From Salinispira sp. (GTDB lineage Bacteria; Spirochaetota; Spirochaetia; DSM-27196; Salinispiraceae): a stretch of 64,000 nucleotides of DNA. Where the stretch lies: contig OZ271918.1 of assembly GCA_965602015.1 (NCBI GenBank), forward strand, positions 1,632,001 to 1,696,000, given 5' to 3'. The notes below the pieces were generated by a model that worked only from the letters and a program-made list of their open reading frames with translations, had not been told where the DNA came from and did not search any database. Position 1 is the stretch's first letter; the number at the start of each line of letters is the position of its first letter. Of the stretch, positions 53,804 through 62,562 are shown in pieces. The translations under genes and the position numbers were made by a program.

Positions 53804-56542
53804 ATGAAAAATGTCACCGTCTTTATGAGCGTTTTGCTGATCACCGGCAGTATGTTTGCTTCACCATCTTCAGAGAATCCTGTAAGGGCGGCAGACGGTC
53901 CGACATCTCAAAAGCCTGAAGTTACGCAGGTACGGGTCGGAACCGGAATCATCAACAACTATATTCCCAATATCGGGGTGAATGAGTTCGGCGACAGCGG
54001 AGGAACGGCGTATGCAGCCGGCAATCTTATACCGGATGCCGGATTCGAACCGATTTCCATCAGGCGGCTGTACCGGGTTCAATCCAGGGGCACCGTTGAA
54101 AGGGAAGGTGTCAGATACCATTGGATGCAAACCGATGGCGGAGGAATAACTGAATGGGATCTGGTCACCACAGGCTTCCTCAACGGAGCAACATATCGGC
54201 TTTATCGCCTTGTCGATGAAAATGATTTGCCCTTGCCCGCAAACGCGGGATACCTCGATTTATCCATGGCACAAAGAATGGTTCGAATCGGCGAAGGCAG
54301 GGTGCCTGAGGCCGGCGAGCCCGGGCTTCCCCTTGGGGGCTTTGTTGACGAGCCAGGCGAAAAGCGAATCTATTTAGACGGTGCCGCCCCCGTCGAGTGG
54401 GACTACATCGTCTTTGAAAAGGTGATTCTCCGGGCGGATCCCGACTGGTCGCATCCCCGTCTCGATGACAGCGGTCACTCTGATCAGGTTGCAGAAACTT
54501 GGCGGCCCGGTTGGGGGCTCGATGAAGAGGATCTTCAGATTGAACGGATTAGTCACGATAGCCTGGAAAGCGAAAGCCGTAAAACCGATGTTGCCAGAGA
54601 GTTTCCGTGGCAGGGTGACAGCGTCATGAGCTTTTCTTCCGAAGTCGCAGGCCGGCTTCAGGCGAACGGCCCGTATATCTTTTTTCCGCTTAATCAAAAC
54701 ACTGAAGGAGACTGGTATGGAACCCTGGAACCCGGGGTGCGCTACCGCTATGAAGCCTGGATGCGCAGCGAATCACCGGTGAATTCCACAAGGGCGGTCC
54801 TCGGTTTTTTCTCAATGTACGAAGGTATTTCCCGGCAGTTTGATATAAGCAATGACTGGGAAAAGTACAGCTTTACCTTTACCGCACCTGAGGCGCCACG
54901 GTTCGACGGGTGGCATGGCGGCCCGTCAATCAGTTTCGACGGTCCGGCGCGTTTGTTTGTGGACAATATCCGGCTCTACCCGGTGGAAGACGGCAGGTAC
55001 AGCCCGGTAATTGCCGGCGCGCGACCAGACAGCTCGCCAGCAGAAAACTCACAGGAACCTGCCTTTGATTTTGCACCCAGCCGTCGGAGCATGGAGCTGC
55101 TCCTTAACAGCCAGGGGGCAGAGGGACCCAAAGGCGTACTGCGGAGCATGTACGTTATGATGAATAATGCGCGGATGCAGAGCCTCTTGACTCCCTTTGC
55201 CGATAGCTCGGTTACCTACGACTGGTATCTGGCGGTTAACGGAGCGTCAGCAATGACTCTGCCGGCATTTCTAAATTACGCCGCGCTAACCGGAGAAGAT
55301 CCTTTACAGCGAATGAAGCCCTGGCTCAATATTTCCTCACGGGCTTCCGAGGAGGAGTGGGCCATGCTCATTGAGTATCTCGCTGCTCCCATTGATCCTG
55401 ATGATCCAAATGATGTGGCGGCAAAACCCTGGGCATATCTGCGCTATCAACTCAGGGGGACTCCTGAACCATGGACAGATGCGTTCGACCGCATATTCGT
55501 CGAGTTCGCCAATGAGACCTGGCATAACGGCGCTGTGGAATCCCAATGGCAGGGCTGGGCGCAGGCCTACCACGTACATCAAGGAAGCGTGGAATTCGGG
55601 TTATGGGTTGAGTATTTAACCGGATGGCTATCTGAAAACTCCCCGTGGTTTACCGACGCGATAGTATCGGGTTCCATTCGCCTGGTGATGGGCAGCAATT
55701 ATGATGATTATGCCGAGCGCGCTTTGGAATCCGTCGATGACCCGGCGGTAATCGCCGCCATCGGCCACACCACATATGTGGGACCCCGCTGGGAACAGGG
55801 TGAAAACGTCATCCCAAAACTGAATGATCAAGGGTACCAGGCTACCCTTCTGGGCTATATCGCCGGCTTGGATGCCGAGTTCGCACGGTATTCCGCACTG
55901 CGCAGCCGGGCTGCATCGGAAGACCGGAACTATGAAATCCTCGGTTATGAGGGCGGCCCAAGCGGCTATGCCCTTCCTGGCCAGGACAGCGATGAACAGC
56001 GGGAAATTGCCGAGGCCTACGGTAAGAGCCTGGCCATGGGCGTAGCCGCCGCCGACAGTTGGCTTGGCGCCAGAAGCCAGGGTTTTCGGGAAATGGCGTA
56101 TCATGCTTTTACTCAGGGTACCCATTGGAGTTCCCACACTAGCCTTCGCAGAGGTTTGCGGCCGCATCCCGGATGGCTCGCACTGACCCTTATCAATCGG
56201 CATACTGGAGGTTCAATGCGTGAAACCACGGTAAGTAACAGCCCGATGATCAACTGGGCCGGGGAAACCCTGCCGTTGTTAGGCGCATACTCGTTTGAAA
56301 ATGACGATTCGTTTTCCGTGGCTTTGGTGAACCGCAGCCTGACGGAGACTATCACTACCGCCATCGATATTCCAGAATGGTCGGGAACTGTCATTACTCG
56401 TTATGCACTGGAGGGTGATCCCCGGGCGACTAATCGCTTTGCCACGGAAGTGGAGATTACCGAATCTATCGTCGATGCAGAAGCTATCCACGATCTGCCG
56501 CTGAAGCCTGGGAGTTTTGTCATTCTCACGTTTGAAAAGTAG
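53804..56542 (+). CDS. Exported clan GH-A-like glycoside hydrolase (GH51-like) with a CBM4-like module
   Basis: Signal peptide; WEKYSFTFTAP...VDNIRL CBM; EFANETW (acid/base NE) and GYEGG (nucleophile); GH51-like C-terminal VALVNRS...PGSFVIL. Confidence 0.6.
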   Translation: MKNVTVFMSVLLITGSMFASPSSENPVRAADGPTSQKPEVTQVRVGTGIINNYIPNIGVNEFGDSGGTAYAAGNLIPDAGFEPISIRRLYRVQSRGTVEREGVRYHWMQTDGGGITEWDLVTTGFLNGATYRLYRLVDENDLPLPANAGYLDLSMAQRMVRIGEGRVPEAGEPGLPLGGFVDEPGEKRIYLDGAAPVEWDYIVFEKVILRADPDWSHPRLDDSGHSDQVAETWRPGWGLDEEDLQIERISHDSLESESRKTDVAREFPWQGDSVMSFSSEVAGRLQANGPYIFFPLNQNTEGDWYGTLEPGVRYRYEAWMRSESPVNSTRAVLGFFSMYEGISRQFDISNDWEKYSFTFTAPEAPRFDGWHGGPSISFDGPARLFVDNIRLYPVEDGRYSPVIAGARPDSSPAENSQEPAFDFAPSRRSMELLLNSQGAEGPKGVLRSMYVMMNNARMQSLLTPFADSSVTYDWYLAVNGASAMTLPAFLNYAALTGEDPLQRMKPWLNISSRASEEEWAMLIEYLAAPIDPDDPNDVAAKPWAYLRYQLRGTPEPWTDAFDRIFVEFANETWHNGAVESQWQGWAQAYHVHQGSVEFGLWVEYLTGWLSENSPWFTDAIVSGSIRLVMGSNYDDYAERALESVDDPAVIAAIGHTTYVGPRWEQGENVIPKLNDQGYQATLLGYIAGLDAEFARYSALRSRAASEDRNYEILGYEGGPSGYALPGQDSDEQREIAEAYGKSLAMGVAAADSWLGARSQGFREMAYHAFTQGTHWSSHTSLRRGLRPHPGWLALTLINRHTGGSMRETTVSNSPMINWAGETLPLLGAYSFENDDSFSVALVNRSLTETITTAIDIPEWSGTVITRYALEGDPRATNRFATEVEITESIVDAEAIHDLPLKPGSFVILTFEK

Positions 56543-56596
56543 CCAGTCTACACAGTGATTGGCCGGCTCCCTCGTTTCATCTGCATTCTCCACGGG

Positions 56597-57691
56597 TTAC
56601 TCAGCAGCCGCAGTCATGGCGACCCTGTTTCGCCCCTGATGCTTTGCCCGGTAGAGAGCCCGGTCCGCTTGCTTTACCAAATCATAGGCATCCACCGGAC
56701 CGTCTTCCATCGAAGCCACGCCGATGCTCACGGTAATAGAACGAACTTCCCCATCTATATCAATTGTAGTTTGACGTACCACTTCCAGCATTTTATCTGC
56801 GAAGAGTCGGGCATTATTACGTTTAATTCTCGAGAGAATAAGGAATTCCTCGCCGCCGTAACGAACGCAAATATCCTCGCTCCGGCTGTTGTCCTTTATA
56901 ACCCGGGCAATACGGGCAATCACCTGATCGCCGAACTGATGGCCGAGACTATCGTTTATGGACTTAAAGCGATCGATATCCAACATGATACAGCTCAGGT
57001 CGCCATCACCGGTTTTAGCCCTTTCAAATTCGCTCAAGAGAAGGTCGTCGAAATTCCGGCGATTTAGGAGGCCGCTCAATGGATCGGTCATGGACATTGA
57101 GCTGAGGTTGCGGTTCTGAATTTCCGAGCGAAGCAGCCTGGTGATTATTCGCTCGAATTCCCGGTTATTTGCCTGTGCCAACAGGCTAATAAGCATGAGA
57201 ACCAAAAACGGCACTAAAAGATTTGCGCTGGCCAAAAGCACCCAAAGAGGAATATCACCAAAGACCGTTAACGTAACAATCAGCTGAAAAAGAAAGAGGG
57301 CCGGAAAAAGATTAATTATCAACCGGGTCCCCAACAGTCCCGCCAAAAAGGTGAGCAGGCTGTAGACAACGAAAATAAAAAGCAGGAAAAATTCTAGGGT
57401 GGCGAGTGGATCGTCGGTTACCAGGGGGAAGAGCACAAGAACGACTGCCAGACCTGAACTAAATAGTGAAAAAGACCGCCGAATCCGATTGGAACGGAGA
57501 AGAACAATCAGTCCAGCCCAGGTGGTTACCAGGGCGATGAGCGGGATGAAATAGTAGTCCGCCAGACTTCCTGCAATGAGTGAAATAATGGTTCCAAGGG
57601 GAATGATTATGCTAAAAACAGAGAGGGTTGGCAGCAATACCTTCCTGCGAAAACGGTGGAGCTGACTGTCGACAAAATCCCTGTTAGCCAT
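56597..57691 (-). CDS. Membrane diguanylate cyclase
   Basis: About 5 TM helices; TDPLSGLLNRR, DIDRFK.IND..GH..GD, RSED I-site, RYGGEEF, AD.ALY.AK..GRN. Confidence 0.93.
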   Translation of the reverse strand: MANRDFVDSQLHRFRRKVLLPTLSVFSIIIPLGTIISLIAGSLADYYFIPLIALVTTWAGLIVLLRSNRIRRSFSLFSSGLAVVLVLFPLVTDDPLATLEFFLLFIFVVYSLLTFLAGLLGTRLIINLFPALFLFQLIVTLTVFGDIPLWVLLASANLLVPFLVLMLISLLAQANNREFERIITRLLRSEIQNRNLSSMSMTDPLSGLLNRRNFDDLLLSEFERAKTGDGDLSCIMLDIDRFKSINDSLGHQFGDQVIARIARVIKDNSRSEDICVRYGGEEFLILSRIKRNNARLFADKMLEVVRQTTIDIDGEVRSITVSIGVASMEDGPVDAYDLVKQADRALYRAKHQGRNRVAMTAAAE

Positions 57692-57763
57692 CTGCTATAA
57701 GTATCGATAAGTACATGTGATCAGGCAATACGAACATAAAAAGTTGCGTCCTCTACCTTTGCT

Positions 57764-58147
57764 CTAGTCTGTATCAGCTCTGTTGAGCAGCAACACAGTA
57801 CCGGAAGGGTCTTTTATCCAGTGCATTCCATCTGGTAAATCCTCAAGCTCATCTACCAGTCGAGCACCGTGAGATACCAAATCTTTTACTGCGGCATGCG
57901 GTTCAGCAGTTTGCAGTTCAAGCCAAACTTGAGCTTGGGGATATCGGTCCACACAGTCAAGCCAGAGGGTGATTGGGCCGAAACTGAGGCGATAACTAAC
58001 AGATACCGGTCTCGCCGGATTATCCACCGGCGTTAGCGCAAAGCCCAACACATCGCGATAAAATGATACAGTTTGATCATAGCGGTCTTTTGGCAGCTTC
58101 AGGGCAATATTAGCCCCGCCGGAATAACGCCTGTGTTCACTCATCAT
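57764..58147 (-). CDS. VOC/glyoxalase family protein
   Basis: NIALK, FYRDVLG, WI.DPSG; ATG 58147 after GGAGG. Confidence 0.8.
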   Translation of the reverse strand: MMSEHRRYSGGANIALKLPKDRYDQTVSFYRDVLGFALTPVDNPARPVSVSYRLSFGPITLWLDCVDRYPQAQVWLELQTAEPHAAVKDLVSHGARLVDELEDLPDGMHWIKDPSGTVLLLNRADTD

Positions 58148-58262
58148 TAACCTCCTGGGAAAATCTCCTTCCTCCTCCACCATTGTAGCATGGTATCGAT
58201 TCAGGGCATTTTTTGCCCGGACTTACAGATTTTATTGATGAGAAAATAATTTTTTACGCCCT

Positions 58263-58313
58263 ATTCTTGACCTTCTTAATCAAGTTAGTTAACATAGTGA
58301 ATAAGTCAAGTAT
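58263..58313 (+). promoter_or_regulatory. Sigma70 promoter overlapped by Rrf2 (IscR/CymR)-like operator(s)
   Basis: TTGACC-N17-TAACAT; CTTGAC-N7-ATCAAG (58266-58284) and a second half-site GTCAAGTAT (58305-58313). Confidence 0.55.
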
Positions 58314-58328
58314 AAAAAGGCGGGAATC

Positions 58329-59423
58329 GTGAGTGGCAAGCAGGGTGGAAAACATCAAAACCTCGTGAGCATTGCCGGTGTCATAGCAGTGTTTCTCGGG
58401 TTTACTTTATTCGTAGCATCATTTGAGGGGAGGTCAGTGTCTTCCGGAATGGCTCGATCATCTGCTCAGGGTGCGGTTTTCCTTTTGCGGAACGACAATT
58501 TGCATATTATCGACCACGTACAGGGTTATACAATACGTAGCTATCCACTTAGCGGCAAAGCCTCGGGTATTGTGCCGACGCCCGGCGGTGTTTCAGTATT
58601 TGTCCACTATCGGGACCAAAGCTATGTAGACATTTTCAGTTCCCAAACATTCGAATATCAGGGAAGAAATGACATCCCCCTTTCTTCTGTAGACCAGATG
58701 AGTTTCTCCCCTGACGGATCGAGGGTTTATCTGATAGGTGAAGACTCATTGGGCAACGAGCTGCTGGCCGAGGCCTCGCATTCATTATTGACGTTTGGTG
58801 AGTTCCGGACGGTGGGCGCACCAGGCGGGCAAGGTCCCCTTGTGCCCGGTAACCGGGGAGCTTTTCTTCATCGGGCATCTTCCAACGGCATAATTGCCTT
58901 GTCGCGCCTTAACCTCCTCCCGCAGGCTGCGCAGGAAGAATCGGGTTCCGGGGATATTGGGAACTTGCGTAACCTCATTTATGCCGAGCAGAACGATCTG
59001 TTTTTTGCCGTTCGTTCGACCGATGAAGGAACGCATCGGGGTCTGCTTATCAATGCCCAAGGCGGCGGGACAGTGTTGACCTTTGAGGACGCGCTCCGGG
59101 AGAACGCTGTCCCGGTGGTAAATGAAGACCTCATATGGACCCTCAGCTCGGATGGAGGAGCAGCCATAGCATATGCATCTAAGACCAACGGAAGTGCTTC
59201 CTCGCCGGCAAATCTGCCGCTGGGCTTCTCCGCTGATTTTATACTTTCTGCGGGCCCGGGGGTGTTATGGGCAGTGTCAGAACGGGGATTTGTAGCAGTC
59301 ATTGAAAATCAGCGCGTGAGCCGCAGCTTTCAACTATATCAGGTTGACGGAAGTGAAATCGATCAGATTGAGATTACCGCAAGCGCTTTTCGGCGGGAAG
59401 GCGCTAGCTTTGCCTGCTTTTAG
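58329..59423 (+). CDS. Membrane-anchored YncE-like beta-propeller protein with a C-terminal ACF tail
   Basis: N-terminal hydrophobic helix; TPGG..VFV and FSPDGSRVY blade motifs; ends GASFACF*. Confidence 0.65.
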   Translation: MSGKQGGKHQNLVSIAGVIAVFLGFTLFVASFEGRSVSSGMARSSAQGAVFLLRNDNLHIIDHVQGYTIRSYPLSGKASGIVPTPGGVSVFVHYRDQSYVDIFSSQTFEYQGRNDIPLSSVDQMSFSPDGSRVYLIGEDSLGNELLAEASHSLLTFGEFRTVGAPGGQGPLVPGNRGAFLHRASSNGIIALSRLNLLPQAAQEESGSGDIGNLRNLIYAEQNDLFFAVRSTDEGTHRGLLINAQGGGTVLTFEDALRENAVPVVNEDLIWTLSSDGGAAIAYASKTNGSASSPANLPLGFSADFILSAGPGVLWAVSERGFVAVIENQRVSRSFQLYQVDGSEIDQIEITASAFRREGASFACF

Positions 59424-59431
59424 GGGATGAG

Positions 59432-60469
59432 ATGAACTGGATTGCAATAATAAGCGGAACGATAACAGGAACTATTTTAGGTTGGGCACTTCAGGGTGGC
59501 GGGTTTTGTATGAACACCGCTTTTCGGAGCGTGATATTTGAAAAGGATAAGAGCCTCCTTCGGGCCTGGTTCCTGGTGCTTTTAATTAATATTCCGGGAG
59601 TGACCCTTCTGACCCAGCTGGGAGTAGTAGACCCCATTTCCTCACCGTTTTTCTGGCCAGCCTTGCTCATCGGCGGAGTGCTGTTTGGCATTGGGATGGT
59701 AATGGCCGGCGGTTGCGCCAGCGGCACCTGGTATCGCGCCGCCCGGGGCATGCTCGGTTCCTGGGGTGCGCTGACTGGTTTTCTTATCGGGAGCGCAATC
59801 GTATTTACCGGGCCCCTAAACCCTGTACTGGAACTGTTAAGAGTCAGCCCGTCTTCCTGGGAGGAGGAGGCAGTTACCCTTTTTACCCTTAGCGGAGCGG
59901 AAACTCCCATCATTCAGTGGATAGTAGTTGCTGTGATCTGTCTTCCCCTTCTCATTTTTGTGCTCCGAGCACCAAAGGAGAAGTTCATTCTGGGCTGGAG
60001 TTGGAAATTCACCGGGCTTGCCGTCGGCCTGACAGCCCTGGCAGTGTGGATTGTTTCTGGCCTCCAGGGACGCAATTTCGGACTATCGTTCACTCAACCC
60101 GGAGCTGCATTGATGGATCTGCTGGTGAGCGGAGATGGGCGGGCCATCGGTCTTCCGACCTATATCCTGCTCGGAGTACCTCTCGGTTCGTTTTTGGCCG
60201 CCAAAGCGAGAGGTGAGGCCCGTTTTACCCTGAGCAGTCCCGGGGCAATGGTCCGTCAGGCAGGTGGCGGTTTAATAATGGGAGTCGGGGCGGCGATCGC
60301 CGGTGGTTGTAATATCGGACACGGGGTTACCGGTCTGTCGGTATTGAGTATCAGTTCAGTGCTCGCCGTTGGAGCGATTATGAGTGGATGCTGGATTGCA
60401 ACATGGGTAGTTATCAAGAGCGAATCACGGCAGGCGGCTGCGGGCTCACCGAAGCCGGCGGTAAGCTGA
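59432..60469 (+). CDS. yeeE: YeeE/YedE (TsuA-like) sulfur-compound transporter
   Basis: Three conserved Cys motifs GFCM, AGGCASG, AGGCNIGH; about 9-10 TM helices. Confidence 0.9.
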   Translation: MNWIAIISGTITGTILGWALQGGGFCMNTAFRSVIFEKDKSLLRAWFLVLLINIPGVTLLTQLGVVDPISSPFFWPALLIGGVLFGIGMVMAGGCASGTWYRAARGMLGSWGALTGFLIGSAIVFTGPLNPVLELLRVSPSSWEEEAVTLFTLSGAETPIIQWIVVAVICLPLLIFVLRAPKEKFILGWSWKFTGLAVGLTALAVWIVSGLQGRNFGLSFTQPGAALMDLLVSGDGRAIGLPTYILLGVPLGSFLAAKARGEARFTLSSPGAMVRQAGGGLIMGVGAAIAGGCNIGHGVTGLSVLSISSVLAVGAIMSGCWIATWVVIKSESRQAAAGSPKPAVS

Positions 60470-60541
60470 TTATTGGCACAGGTCTTGGATTACAAAGAAA
60501 ATAGAGCATCAAGGATTGATGCCTCGCTATAGGAGGACAGC

Positions 60542-61459
60542 ATGGCGAATTGGAATTGGAAGTCTCATATATTACGGGGATTTATTGGGCGGGGAATACT
60601 AGCTGCTGGATTGTTGGCGTTAATGATAGGGTGCGCTGCCGCAGATGTCACCCGCACAGCCGGTGAAGAAATCCTGGTGGATGCCGCGTGGATTCAGGAT
60701 CAGGGCAGCAATATCACCATTATTGATGCCGGTCGTTCTCTGGATGATTTTCTGGAGGGTCATATACCCGGTGCAGCGTGGGCGGAGCGAAGCCTGACCT
60801 GGGATGAAGTTGGTGGTATATCCGGAATGCTGCCGGAGTCTGATTTGGTCGCAGAAAACCTGGCCGCTCTTGGGGTTTCCAGCGATAAACCGGTGGTGAT
60901 TTACGATTCCGGGAATGCCCTCTGGTCATCGAGACTTTTCTGGGCTTTGGAGTACCTTGGTCATCCGCAGGTACACATCCTCGATGGCGGCTTTGCGGCA
61001 TGGGAGGCAGCAGGTTTTGCCAGCTCTATTGACGTGCAGATTCCCGAGGCCGGCAATTTCACTGCCAATGTTCAGACTGAACTTCTCGCCGATAGGGAAT
61101 ATGTATTGGACAGCCTGGGTAGTGACAATATCGTTGTCATCGACACCCGAAGCCAGGGAGAGTACGCCGGGACCGATGTCCGTGCCGAGCGAGGCGGCCG
61201 GATTCCCGGATCAGTAAACCTGGAATGGCGGGAAAACCTCGGCGAGGGACAGTCCTTCAAGGCGGCGGTCGAGTTGGCGGGTTTGTACGAGACAGTTGTG
61301 AATACCGAAGGGGAAGCCATTACCCTCTGTCAGACCGGTGTACGAGGAGCCCATAGCTATGTTGCGCTGCGGATTGCAGGGTACCAAAATGTCAGACTGT
61401 ATGACGGTTCCTGGGCCGAATGGGGTAATGATTCCGCCCTCCCGATTGAAGTAAATTGA
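60542..61459 (+). CDS. Two-domain sulfurtransferase (rhodanese), lipoprotein
   Basis: Lipobox MIGC; GHIPGA, LDGG, GRIPG, active loop CQTGVRG, YDGSWAEW. Confidence 0.92.
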   Translation: MANWNWKSHILRGFIGRGILAAGLLALMIGCAAADVTRTAGEEILVDAAWIQDQGSNITIIDAGRSLDDFLEGHIPGAAWAERSLTWDEVGGISGMLPESDLVAENLAALGVSSDKPVVIYDSGNALWSSRLFWALEYLGHPQVHILDGGFAAWEAAGFASSIDVQIPEAGNFTANVQTELLADREYVLDSLGSDNIVVIDTRSQGEYAGTDVRAERGGRIPGSVNLEWRENLGEGQSFKAAVELAGLYETVVNTEGEAITLCQTGVRGAHSYVALRIAGYQNVRLYDGSWAEWGNDSALPIEVN

Positions 61460-61480
61460 TACCCAGTGTAGAGGAATAGA

Positions 61481-61735
61481 ATGATGCGCAAAGAGACTGC
61501 AAAACCTGAAGTTACGCAAAAACTTGATCTGGAAGTGGAAGTTTGTCCCTTTTCCCTCATCAAATCGAGAATTGCCCTTGAGGCCTTGGCCCCAGGGGAA
61601 ATCCTGGAAGTAACCCTGGGCAACAGCGAATCCGCTGCCAATGTGCCCCGGACCCTGGATCTCGAAGGTCATGATGTTATTTCAGTGGACAAATCCGGGC
61701 CGGGAATTTGGTCTGTGATAATCCAGAGGGCATAG
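61481..61735 (+). CDS. tusA: TusA/YeeD family sulfur carrier
   Basis: LDL..EVCP...K...ALE...GEILEV...NVP. Confidence 0.85.
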   Translation: MMRKETAKPEVTQKLDLEVEVCPFSLIKSRIALEALAPGEILEVTLGNSESAANVPRTLDLEGHDVISVDKSGPGIWSVIIQRA

Positions 61736-61739
61736 GCAC

Positions 61740-62540
61740 ATGAAACTGCTGCTGGAGCCGTATGAACTTGTCACCGCAGAAGCGAATATTCACAGGATTC
61801 CGATTGACTGTCGGTCCCCGGCAGAGTTTTCTAAAGGCCATATCCCCGGGGCAGTTAACTACCCCGCTTCCGACTGGATAGACCGGGAGTCTCCCCGCGG
61901 CCAGTTGCTCCCCTGGGAGCAACTGGCCGATGCCTTGGGGAGCCGGGGGATCGGACCGGACAGTGAGGTGGTGATGTATGACAACAGCGGTCTGGTGCCT
62001 TCGGCCAGACTGCTGTGGATCTTAGATGTGCTTGGAATTAGTGGTGCCAGAGTGTTGGACGGCGGATTCGCCGCCTATGTTTCCGCCGGGTTACCCGTAG
62101 AACGGGAAATTATACCCCGACAAGAACAGGAGTTTCCCGTAAACCTGCAGCACAGTCTCATCGCAGATGCGGATGAAATACTGGGAATCATACAGAACGG
62201 TAACGGAACAATCATCGATACCCGAAGCGCTGGTGAATACAGTGGCGAGATTCCCGGGGCCTTGCATAACGGGCACATACCCGGTGCCATTCATCTGGAT
62301 TGGCAGGAAAACATCAGCGATCTATTGTATCCCCGCTTCAAACCGGTGGAGGAACTATCCGCGCGCTACGAGAATGCGGCATCTGACAAGAACAGCCGCA
62401 TTATCTGCTACTGCAGGTCGGGAAACCGATCAGCCCACACCTATCTCAGCCTGAAGCATCTTGGCTATACCAATGTGGCTAATTACCCGGGATCCTGGCT
62501 CGAATGGGGAAACAATCCTGAACTTCCCTTCGAGACATAA
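61740..62540 (+). CDS. Two-domain sulfurtransferase (rhodanese), cytoplasmic
   Basis: No signal peptide; GHIPGA twice, LDGG, CRSGNRS, YPGSWLEW. Confidence 0.92.
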   Translation: MKLLLEPYELVTAEANIHRIPIDCRSPAEFSKGHIPGAVNYPASDWIDRESPRGQLLPWEQLADALGSRGIGPDSEVVMYDNSGLVPSARLLWILDVLGISGARVLDGGFAAYVSAGLPVEREIIPRQEQEFPVNLQHSLIADADEILGIIQNGNGTIIDTRSAGEYSGEIPGALHNGHIPGAIHLDWQENISDLLYPRFKPVEELSARYENAASDKNSRIICYCRSGNRSAHTYLSLKHLGYTNVANYPGSWLEWGNNPELPFET

Positions 62541-62562
62541 GCGTCTGCCCAAACTGAGCTAC

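Noticed and set aside
58329..62540. Selenocysteine recoding in the YeeE/TusA/rhodanese operon
   Set aside because: All catalytic positions are Cys codons and the ORFs are full length with no in-frame TGA.
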